The position numbers were made by a program, and so were the translations under genes. Below the pieces are notes generated by a model. That model was not told the DNA's origin. It saw only the letters and a program-made list of their open reading frames with translations, and did no database searches. DNA of 64,000 nt from an uncultured Clostridia bacterium (GTDB taxonomy: Bacteria; Bacillota; Clostridia; Christensenellales; UBA1242): NCBI GenBank assembly GCA_930990975.1, contig CAKNRR010000003.1, positions 13,037-77,036 of the forward strand, in the 5' to 3' direction. Shown one piece after another: positions 1 to 9,395 of the stretch. The stretch's first letter is position 1; every line of letters starts with the position of its first letter.

Positions 1-390
1 AACATTGGCACAAATAAAGAAAACATTAATATTGAAGCTGGATACCCTTTTGAAAAATATACATTAAAGACAAGTCTTAAAGACTCAGCCGAAATTGAAC
101 AATATCAAGCCAAAAATGTTTATCCTCATTTTTCTAAAATAGCTAAAGATGAGGGCTTTGCGAAGATTGCCGAGGTTTTTGATAAAGTGGCATCTGTTAA
201 TCTTGAAAATGCCAATAAGTTGCTTAAACTGGCTGAAAAATTTGAAAAGAAGAAGTTGTATAAAAGTGATGTAAAAGAAAAATGGATTTGTTCTAACTGT
301 GGTTTTACAATGCAGACAAAAGAAGCATGGAAAACATGCCCTTTATGTGAATATCCTCAAGGATATGCAAAAATCACCTTTAAAAATTAG
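1..390 (+). CDS. rubrerythrin-like protein, C-terminal part (5' end outside window)
   Basis: Frame 1 is open from nt 1 to the TAA at 388-390. Translation gives ...YPHFSKIAKDEGFAKIAEVF... (ferritin-like helix pair), then a rubredoxin-like WICSNCGF-x12-CPLCEYP (CxxC...CxxC). The track ORF 187..390 is only the GTG-initiated tail of this frame. Confidence 0.75.
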   Translation, partial: NIGTNKENINIEAGYPFEKYTLKTSLKDSAEIEQYQAKNVYPHFSKIAKDEGFAKIAEVFDKVASVNLENANKLLKLAEKFEKKKLYKSDVKEKWICSNCGFTMQTKEAWKTCPLCEYPQGYAKITFKN

Positions 391-465
391 TTTTTATAAT
401 TGTTTCCTATGAAAATAACTGTAAAACTGTTTATTATTTGTCAAAACGATGATATGAATTTAAAA

Positions 466-495
466 TAAAAAAGCCTTTTGATAAAGGCTTTTTTA
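466..495. terminator. bidirectional intrinsic terminator between the rubrerythrin-like gene and hup
   Basis: Hairpin GCCTTT/AAAGGC (473-478 / 483-488) with loop TGAT. It is flanked by an A-run upstream and a T-run downstream, so it works on both strands. Confidence 0.7.
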
Positions 496-514
496 TTATG
501 ATAAATAAATTTAT

Positions 515-793
515 CTATTGTTCATCAACTGAATTTTTGAAACTTGACCCAAATTTGAATACTGGGACTGAGCATTCTGGGATTGAAACCTTTTCTTTTG
601 TCATAGGGTTTATTCCATCTCTAGCTGCTCTCTTTTTCATTTCAAAAGAGCCAAATCCAGCAATTTGAATTTTTTCTCCTGTTTTTAATGTTTCAGCAAT
701 AGTTGCCACCATTGCATCGAAAGCAATTCCTGCATCTTTTTGAGTAAAATTTGCTTTTTCAGCAAATGCTTTGATAAATTGTTGTTTATTCAT
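515..793 (-). CDS. hup: DNA-binding protein HU
   Basis: 92 aa. HU/IHF pattern: MNKQQFI..., GFGSFE, RAARDGINPMTKEKVSIP, PVFKFG. SD AAAGGAG lies upstream of the ATG. Confidence 0.95.
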   Translation of the reverse strand: MNKQQFIKAFAEKANFTQKDAGIAFDAMVATIAETLKTGEKIQIAGFGSFEMKKRAARDGINPMTKEKVSIPECSVPVFKFGSSFKNSVDEQ

Positions 794-878
794 TAATCAC
801 ATCTCCTTTTTAAAATTTGGCTTTCACCTTATTTATATAATACCATATTTCCCTTTATTTTCCAAGCGATTTTATAAA

Positions 879-1200
879 TTTATATTATCGGAAGCCGAAT
901 TTGCTCGCAAGGATGAGGCTTATGGTCATACATACTCTATGATAGGCATGCAAAAGCATACAAATTCACTAGAATTTTAAGAATTTTATGTAATAAAATT
1001 TTTACATCACATAGTTTATATTATCGGAAGCCGAACTTGCTTGCAAGGGTGAGGCTGATGTTTATACATACTAAGTGATGAGTGTGCGTTAGCACACAAA
1101 TTCGATAGAATTTATTAAAATTTTATGCTAATAAAATTTTAACATCACATAGTTTATAAAATCAAAAGTCGCCACCGAGCATGGTGAGGTCAAATTTACG
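879..1200. repeat. tandem repeat, about 136-138 bp unit: two full copies (879-1014, 1015-1152) plus a degenerate third
   Basis: Direct comparison: TTTATATTATCGGAAGCCGAA(t/c)TTGCT(c/t)GCAAGG(a/g)TGAGGC...CAAATTC(a/g)(c/a)TAGAATTT...ACATCACATAG appears twice in tandem. A third unit starts at 1153 (TTTATAAAATCAAAAGTCGCCACCGAGCATGGTGAGGTC). Each unit carries 2-3 small hairpins. Confidence 0.75.
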
Positions 1201-1290
1201 CAAAACTTATGTTTTGATATATTATGAGTTGTAATGCTTTGCTCCTAAATTTGTCATTTCTTTAAATTTTATATCAGAAAATTAAATTAT

Positions 1291-2205
1291 TTAATAAGTT
1301 ATATTAGCTCCAAAATATCTCAAAATTTCATCCCAAATTATTTTCAAATATTCGATTACTTTTGAAACCCAACCAAAAGCACTATTTTTTATGCTATATC
1401 CATTTCTTACAATAGAAACCACTTTTCCAACAACATCATCTTGGTCGACTGTTCCTATTTCTCGAGCATCTGTGCTTCCTGTTCTATTATCACCCATGAA
1501 GAAAACTTGATCGGCATCACTTTCTTCATCTTGTCCAACTGTATAAAACTCTATTGGGAAAACTTCACCATCAATCACAACATTGCGAGTTTCTGTTTCA
1601 TAATATCTTAAAAATCTTTGATAAAAATTATACTCATATTTTACGCCATTAATCGTATGTACATTATCTGGCAAATAATCATCATTGCTCCAATAATCAT
1701 AGCTCAAAATATAGTCTTCATAGATTACATAAGTGTCATTTTCTCCTTGATAGTAAATTGTGTCAATACTGTCGCCCTCTTTTATCCTTATAAACCTATA
1801 TTCATATTTGCCATCTTTCCCGACAGGAAGCTTTGCAATACTGATTTTGTCACCTTCTAAGCCAAGTGTTCTTTTTATAATGGTTTGTTCTTCTTCATCT
1901 GTGCCTCTTGTTACATCAATTATTATTATATCATCATAATCAATGTCTTGTGTGAGTTTTATGTATACTCCATCTTGATAGCTGCTTCCATCCACATAAA
2001 TTGGATTTGGGTTTAATGTTGGTTGCATTGAGCTTCCCTTGATAGTTACATATCTATACTCGGTCCTAAACCAAATGTTTGTTGCGAATAATATTGCATA
2101 AAAGATAAGAAGAATATATGTAAAAATAAAGAACAGCCTTGTTGCGACTTTCTCTGGCTTTATATCTTTATAATATTGATAATATGGTCTATCTTCCACC
2201 TTCAT
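1291..2205 (-). CDS. lepB: signal peptidase I (S26 family), long form
   Basis: N-terminal TM anchor. Ser box GSSMQPTL, Lys box IIKRTLGLEGDKI, and FFMGDNRTGSTDARE box. SD AAGAGG. Confidence 0.85.
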   Translation of the reverse strand: MKVEDRPYYQYYKDIKPEKVATRLFFIFTYILLIFYAILFATNIWFRTEYRYVTIKGSSMQPTLNPNPIYVDGSSYQDGVYIKLTQDIDYDDIIIIDVTRGTDEEEQTIIKRTLGLEGDKISIAKLPVGKDGKYEYRFIRIKEGDSIDTIYYQGENDTYVIYEDYILSYDYWSNDDYLPDNVHTINGVKYEYNFYQRFLRYYETETRNVVIDGEVFPIEFYTVGQDEESDADQVFFMGDNRTGSTDAREIGTVDQDDVVGKVVSIVRNGYSIKNSAFGWVSKVIEYLKIIWDEILRYFGANITY

Positions 2206-2216
2206 TACCTCTTTTG

Positions 2217-2765
2217 TTATCTATTATCTATAAAAAAGTTTTTTGAAAATTTGCAACCGCAATAATTTTGGCGATATAAATTATACTTTTTTGAAAACTC
2301 TATGCTTTTCTTATATCCATCTTGTTTTTTATAGTTCCCTTCCAAAAACTCAATACCTTCTTCTTGCTCTACTGCTTTTCCCACTTGATTTATTATTGTT
2401 GAATTTTTGTGTGGGCTTACTGTCAATGTTGTTCCAAACAAATCAAAGCCAAGTTCTTTCGCTTTTTGAGCTGTTTTTAAAAGTCTTAACTTGAAGCATA
2501 CTGGGCATCTTGCTCCGCCCTCTTTTTCTTCTTCTAAGCCTTTCACTTTGCAATAGAATTCTTCTGGATTATACCCATCTTCAACAATTGGAATGCCAAC
2601 AATCTTACAATACCTTTTTTGCTCGCTTAATCTGTGCAAATATTCCCCTTCTGTGTCTATGTTGGGATTATAATAATATATTGTTATGTCATAATCATTT
2701 TTTAAAAAGTCAATGACCTGTGTGCTACATGGGCCACAACAACTGTGCAATAAAAGTTTTTTCAT
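2217..2765 (-). CDS. queH: epoxyqueuosine reductase QueH (DUF208)
   Basis: LLHSCCGPCS, YYYNPNI, EGGARCPVCFKLRL, TTLTVSPHK, YRQNYCGCKFS: the Cys pattern typical of QueH. The ATG overlaps the stop of the upstream gene (ATAATG). Confidence 0.85.
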   Translation of the reverse strand: MKKLLLHSCCGPCSTQVIDFLKNDYDITIYYYNPNIDTEGEYLHRLSEQKRYCKIVGIPIVEDGYNPEEFYCKVKGLEEEKEGGARCPVCFKLRLLKTAQKAKELGFDLFGTTLTVSPHKNSTIINQVGKAVEQEEGIEFLEGNYKKQDGYKKSIEFSKKYNLYRQNYCGCKFSKNFFIDNR

Positions 2766-3229
2766 TATTCCACCGTCCTTAATATTTTTACTAATGTATT
2801 GAACAATGGCTCTCTTTTCATTAATTCTTTTGGAGAATCAACAAACTTGTTTATATAAATCATCAAGCAACCTAAGCAGTCCCCACAATTGATGAAAGCT
2901 TGAACTATGTATATAAGTTTATCTCTATAGCCCTTAATTACAAACACAGGAAATACAAAATCATTAAGTTTTAAGTTGAATTGTTCTTCAAGTTCAAACT
3001 TATCAGTAACTTGTTTGTAACTTTCAGCCAAAGACTGATAATTTTCCAAAAATTCATCAGGGTCTCTGTGAACTTCAAACAATGATATAACTTTTCCATC
3101 AGTTGAAAGATAGTTTTCTTTGTTTATAAAACCTTGGCCATTTGCCAATTCGTATCTATCTTTTGTAACTTGCCATCCCTCTGGCAATTCAAAAGACATT
3201 TCATTTAATGTATCTATCACTCTTCTCAT
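2765..3229 (-). CDS. hypothetical protein (154 aa), co-transcribed with queH
   Basis: Good SD (GGAAGGAG) and translational coupling to queH. No motif recognised. Confidence 0.6.
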   Translation of the reverse strand: MRRVIDTLNEMSFELPEGWQVTKDRYELANGQGFINKENYLSTDGKVISLFEVHRDPDEFLENYQSLAESYKQVTDKFELEEQFNLKLNDFVFPVFVIKGYRDKLIYIVQAFINCGDCLGCLMIYINKFVDSPKELMKREPLFNTLVKILRTVE

Positions 3230-3350
3230 AGACTTTCTCCTTCCTTAGTATGCCACTTGTGCTATAAAAAGTCAAGAAAGTTGAATGTTAACAATTAAAA
3301 AAAATTCTTTATATTTATTTTGGCAATAATAAACAAACAAAAATCTCGCA

Positions 3351-3686
3351 TCAAACAGCATTGATTGCATACATCATCATATCATTGACATTGTTGTTGG
3401 TCAAATAATAAACAAGAATCTTTCCATCTCTTTTATATGAAACAAGGTTTTGGTCTTTTAATTGCTTAAGCTGATGAGAAATTGTCGTTTGATTTATTCC
3501 TAATATAGTGGACAAATCATTGACACACATATTCATCATTGATAAACAGGTCAATATCTTTATTCTTGTTGAATCAGAAAAATTTTGAAAATAATCAGCA
3601 AGTTTTGATATTTCTCTCTCTTGTGGCAAAAGCGATAGTATCTCTTGCTTATTTCTTTCCGTCAATAATAAAAATTTATTTTGCAT
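3351..3686 (-). CDS. ArsR/SmtB-family transcriptional regulator
   Basis: Winged-helix core STRIKILTCLS...MCVNDLSTILGINQTTISHQLKQLKDQNLV..RDGK.V.Y.L. I prefer the ATG at 3686 (SD AAAGGGGA) over the track start at 3725. Confidence 0.85.
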   Translation of the reverse strand: MQNKFLLLTERNKQEILSLLPQEREISKLADYFQNFSDSTRIKILTCLSMMNMCVNDLSTILGINQTTISHQLKQLKDQNLVSYKRDGKILVYYLTNNNVNDMMMYAINAV

Positions 3687-3840
3687 ACTTTCCCCTTTAA
3701 TTAACATTTTTTTTAACTTTAACATAAATATTTATGTAATTTGTTACATTATCAATTGTTGCAAACACAGAAGAAAAATCAAAATAAAAATTTTATTTAT
3801 TTTGTCAGATTTACATGAAATTTGTTATAAGGAGGTTTTT

Positions 3841-4032
3841 ATGATTTCATCGCAAAGTATCTTATTTGTTCTTCTGCTGTCTGTAATTGCAAATGCAACA
3901 GATACTAATTTAAACACAAACACCAATTTCTTGCTTCTTTTGCTTCTTGCATTAAGCGGACAAAATAATTTTAATGGTGGTTGCTGTAGTCAAAACACTT
4001 GTCCAGGGCAAAGCTTTAATACATTTTTCTAA
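3841..4032 (+). CDS. small hydrophobic Cys-containing peptide (63 aa), divergent from the ArsR-type regulator
   Basis: Strong SD AAGGAGG 5 nt before the ATG at 3841. Signal-like ILFVLLLSVIANA, a second hydrophobic run FLLLLLLAL, then GGCCSQNTCPGQSFNTFF. Followed by a terminator. Confidence 0.5.
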   Translation: MISSQSILFVLLLSVIANATDTNLNTNTNFLLLLLLALSGQNNFNGGCCSQNTCPGQSFNTFF

Positions 4033-4079
4033 AATAGTGCAAATCTAATATCAACTTAAATAGTCAAATTAAGAAATCA

Positions 4080-4114
4080 AAAAAGGCATTAAATAAAAAT
4101 AAATGCCTTTTTTC
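4080..4114 (+). terminator. intrinsic terminator
   Basis: AAAGGCATT (4082-4090) pairs with AATGCCTTT (4102-4110), followed by a T-run. Confidence 0.65.
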
Positions 4115-4239
4115 ATAATCTATTTTAATACTATTTCTGTTTATTTTAAAGTTGAACAAATTAATTAAATCTTATTAAAATATATTTTATAAAGATTTCG
4201 TTTGTTAAAATTACTATTTAAGCCTTTCCATGCTTTTTA

Positions 4240-5319
4240 TTAATTAGATTCAGGTGGAAGAACCTTTAAATCAATACTTGCTCCTTCATGTATGAAATAC
4301 AAATTTCCATCTATATAACGAGTAAAATCTTCTTCATCATCACCTACTCCAGAGCCTGCTATTGTGTCATTTATTACAAATACTGCATCATAATCCCAAT
4401 AACCATCATCACCAATCTTCCCTGAGTAAACATTCACATAGTACGCGTGACCTGGAACATATTGAATATCTACCGTCACCTCTTCCTTATCTGGTTTTAA
4501 TGACACACTGTTGCTCTCTGTGCCATATTGTGAATTTCGATCACTTATAGAAATATTTATATTCTCATATCTATCATAAATAGATGACAAATCAAAATTG
4601 ATTGTATTTGTCCATGTGGTGACTTCTATTTGCCCATATTCAACAACTTCTATTTTTTTAGTGATTGTAGCATCAGTATAACCACCGCTTGATGTATGCA
4701 CATGGAATATTAAGTATGTCATGCCTAAATTGACTTTATCTAGTTCTATTGTAATAGAACCTCCAGATTTCATAGACCCCATATTTGCATCTTTAAAATA
4801 TACGCTCATAGCATCGTTTGGAATAACATTTTCATCGGTAGACACAAGTTCATATTGAGGTGAATTTACATTTTCAACAAAATCGAAATAAATATAATCA
4901 TTAGCCCATGTATCGCCTTCTTGTGCTTTTGCAATTTGATTTGGTGCACTTGTTGTCCATAAGACACCATCATCAGAATTTATTTCTTGTATTTGAGTAT
5001 TAACAATAATTGTCACATCTTCTTCTGGCATAGAAAATGTGTAAACCCCATCTGTTTTTTCACAAACAATATCATTTACCAAAACTTCTGTAATTGCATA
5101 GACTTTGTTTTCAAGTGTTATTGTAAGTGTTACTGTTTCCCCTACTTGTGCCATGGTATGACTTGAAGAAATTTCATACAAGTCAGATGTAGGCAAATTG
5201 ATGTTATACTGTACTGGCGAGGCTTGCTTTTTGTCACCACAACCAATCAACAGAAAGCCAAGCATCAACATCATTGTAATCACTATCAATGTTAAAGAAA
5301 TCTTTTTAGTCTTTGTCAT
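4240..5319 (-). CDS. putative lipoprotein, function unknown
   Basis: Signal peptide ending in the lipobox LLIGC. SD AGGGAGGGG. The remainder is beta-rich and acidic with no catalytic motif recognised. Confidence 0.75.
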   Translation of the reverse strand: MTKTKKISLTLIVITMMLMLGFLLIGCGDKKQASPVQYNINLPTSDLYEISSSHTMAQVGETVTLTITLENKVYAITEVLVNDIVCEKTDGVYTFSMPEEDVTIIVNTQIQEINSDDGVLWTTSAPNQIAKAQEGDTWANDYIYFDFVENVNSPQYELVSTDENVIPNDAMSVYFKDANMGSMKSGGSITIELDKVNLGMTYLIFHVHTSSGGYTDATITKKIEVVEYGQIEVTTWTNTINFDLSSIYDRYENINISISDRNSQYGTESNSVSLKPDKEEVTVDIQYVPGHAYYVNVYSGKIGDDGYWDYDAVFVINDTIAGSGVGDDEEDFTRYIDGNLYFIHEGASIDLKVLPPESN

Positions 5320-5745
5320 ATCCCCTCCCTATTATAAAAATTTTAACATTTGCTTTTAATTAAGTCAATAAATTAAAAAGTATTGTTTAAAAAAAATTGT
5401 GGAAAGACTCATAGCCTTTAAAATTAGCAAAAAAAAGATAGCAGGAATTTAATTCATCACTATTATTTGTATTAATTTGAAAAATACTTGACTATAGCGA
5501 ACTTCTTATAAATAAACTTTATTAAAACCATTTTATAAATTTAGACATATTATCGAATTAGCTATTTAATCTTAAAATATGCTTTCCTTCAATTCATTAA
5601 TATATAATTTGTAATTATTTTACGACCATATTTGTTTTTCTCTATAATTTTTATCGAATTTTTTGTTTTTTTCTTCACAATATTCTAAGATTTTGGGATA
5701 AATAAAAAAAATATAAAAAAAATATAAAAAAACATAAAAAACATT

Positions 5746-5773
5746 TTGCATTAATTTTTATTTATGCTATTAT
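5746..5773 (+). promoter_or_regulatory. sigma-A-type promoter for the 139-aa membrane protein gene
   Basis: -35 TTGCAT (5746-5751), 16-nt spacer, extended -10 TGcTATTAT (5765-5773). Confidence 0.45.
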
Positions 5774-5818
5774 AGACTTGTAAATAAAAAGCAAAGCTTT
5801 TAAAAAAGGAGGGGAAAA

Positions 5819-6238
5819 ATGTATTCTTTACTTAATGCAGTTGCTGCAAGTTGGCCAGCATTTATAAATGGTATGACAGGACTTGATGATTCACAAAGAG
5901 AACTTTTAGGATCTGTTTTCAACATCATTTCTATTGTACTTTGGGTTGCTTTGGCTCTCGTTGGAGCTATCGGTGGTATCTATGCTATTTATCTTGGTGT
6001 TCAACTTTCTAAAGCTGACGAACAAGGTAAAAGAGATGACGCAAAAAAGCACTTAATCACTGTTGTAATTGCTATCGGCGTTACACTTGCATTAATTCTT
6101 GTGTTCAACATCTTCTTACCAATGCTTCTTGATGCATTCAATGTTGGTGACTCTACAACACAAGGCGGAGATATTCAAGGTGGCGACGGAGAAGGCCTTA
6201 TAAAGCCATTTTTCAGCATGATTAAATGCAGAATATAA
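5819..6238 (+). CDS. small two-TM membrane protein, paralog 1 (VirB2/TrbC pilin-like topology)
   Basis: SD AAGGAGGGG. Core ...LVGAIGGIYAIYLGVQLSKADEQGKRDDAKKHLITVVIAIGVTLALILVFN... aligns with the ORF at 6486. C-terminal Gly/Asp-rich tail. Confidence 0.7.
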   Translation: MYSLLNAVAASWPAFINGMTGLDDSQRELLGSVFNIISIVLWVALALVGAIGGIYAIYLGVQLSKADEQGKRDDAKKHLITVVIAIGVTLALILVFNIFLPMLLDAFNVGDSTTQGGDIQGGDGEGLIKPFFSMIKCRI

Positions 6239-6262
6239 CCCCTGCCTATTTGAATGAATTTT

Positions 6263-6297
6263 AAAACACATCATAAATCATGATGTGTTTTATTTTA
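6263..6297 (+). terminator. intrinsic terminator
   Basis: AAACACATCA (6264-6273) pairs perfectly with TGATGTGTTT (6281-6290), then a T-rich tract. Confidence 0.65.
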
Positions 6298-6432
6298 ATT
6301 TTAATCTTTTTATATATTTTTAAAATTCTCTTTAATTAAATAAAAAATTCATTTTATATCCCCCTCTTATTATTTATTTTTTTTTACTATCAAATTAATT
6401 TTACAAAAATTAATAATTTGATTATCATTTTC

Positions 6433-6461
6433 TTGCAAATACAGTAAAAATGTGTTAGAAT
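6433..6461 (+). promoter_or_regulatory. sigma-A-type promoter for the 102-aa membrane protein gene
   Basis: -35 TTGCAA (6433-6438), 17-nt spacer, extended -10 TGtTAGAAT (6453-6461). Confidence 0.45.
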
Positions 6462-6485
6462 ATACCTAAGATAAAGGAGTAACAA

Positions 6486-6794
6486 ATGCAAATTTGGATG
6501 TCACTTTTAAATTATACTTATTTAGGACAGCTATCTTGGCTTCAAGAAGTTTATAATGTGTTGCCACCAATCCTTTACACCATTCTTGCAATCGTTGGCG
6601 GTGCTGGTGGTGTTTATGCCATCATGCTTGGAATAAATCTTGCAAAAAGCGAAACTGAGGATAAGCGCAAACAGGCTGCGGCAAGAATGAAAAATACACT
6701 TATTGGTGTTGCAGTACTTTTGGTTTTAATATTATTTGTCAATCTCGCGATTCCAGAAATTTTAAGAGCTGTTTATCCAGACCTCGTTGTTTAG
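6486..6794 (+). CDS. small two-TM membrane protein, paralog 2
   Basis: SD AAAGGAG. ...IVGGAGGVYAIMLGINLAKSETEDKRKQAAARMKNTLIGVAVLLVLILFVN... has the same architecture as 5819..6238. Confidence 0.7.
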   Translation: MQIWMSLLNYTYLGQLSWLQEVYNVLPPILYTILAIVGGAGGVYAIMLGINLAKSETEDKRKQAAARMKNTLIGVAVLLVLILFVNLAIPEILRAVYPDLVV

Positions 6795-6879
6795 TTTTCT
6801 ATTGTTAAATTAAAATCATAAATTTTTGTAAACATTTTTAAACAATTTTCATAAAACTTGTGTAAGGAGGGCAAAACCT

Positions 6880-7305
6880 ATGCGCAAGTTTTTTTGTAAT
6901 TATAATAGCTTAAGTGAAAAATATGAACTTAGTTTATCAAAGAATATGTTATTTAATCCTCATGTAAATGTTTTGGCGGAAAACACCCTGCTTCCTGAAA
7001 TAAAGCAATGCTTACAAAACATATATGACCTCACAACTTTGCTTAAAGATAAAATAACCAATGAAGAGCAATTGAAAATTTTAGACAATTGCGAGCTTCT
7101 CACTTCAAATCTCTTTTATTCCCTTTTTGCTTCACCGCTCAATCTTACAGAAAACAACAATCAAGCACAATTAACAATTAAGGATTATGTTGTCAAATGT
7201 GTTGAGTTTGCAAGCAAGATAGAAAGCATTGTAAACATCCCAGAATATAACAGAATTTGTGTCCAATTGAAAAACAACTATCAAAATTTGTTAAATCAGC
7301 TGTAA
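6880..7305 (+). CDS. hypothetical helical protein (141 aa)
   Basis: SD AAGGAGGG. No TM segment and no recognised motif. Confidence 0.6.
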   Translation: MRKFFCNYNSLSEKYELSLSKNMLFNPHVNVLAENTLLPEIKQCLQNIYDLTTLLKDKITNEEQLKILDNCELLTSNLFYSLFASPLNLTENNNQAQLTIKDYVVKCVEFASKIESIVNIPEYNRICVQLKNNYQNLLNQL

Positions 7306-7307
7306 AA

Positions 7308-7336
7308 CAAAAAAATAGACGCAAGGTCTATTTTTT
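7308..7336. terminator. bidirectional terminator between convergent genes
   Basis: AAAAATAGAC / GTCTATTTTT hairpin with loop GCAAG. Confidence 0.55.
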
Positions 7337-9245
<1,909 letters not shown>

Positions 9246-9253
9246 AATTTATA

Positions 9254-9286
9254 GAAGACAGCTTTAAAAAGGCTGTCTTTTATTTA
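9254..9286 (+). terminator. intrinsic terminator of the collagen-like gene
   Basis: AGACAGC (9256-9262) pairs with GCTGTCT (9272-9278), followed by TTTATTTATT. Confidence 0.6.
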
Positions 9287-9395
9287 TTGACTTTTATTAA
9301 AATTAATGCTAAAATATTTTTGTAAATCAAGATAAATTACGATGTTTTTTATCAATTATCAATACACTTTTATATCATAACTAAAAGGAGCATAA

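Noticed and set aside
771-980. A 69-aa plus-strand ORF overlapping the hup start and the first tandem repeat.
   Set aside because: It has no SD, it overlaps the hup promoter and start on the other strand, and its sequence is determined by the repeat unit.
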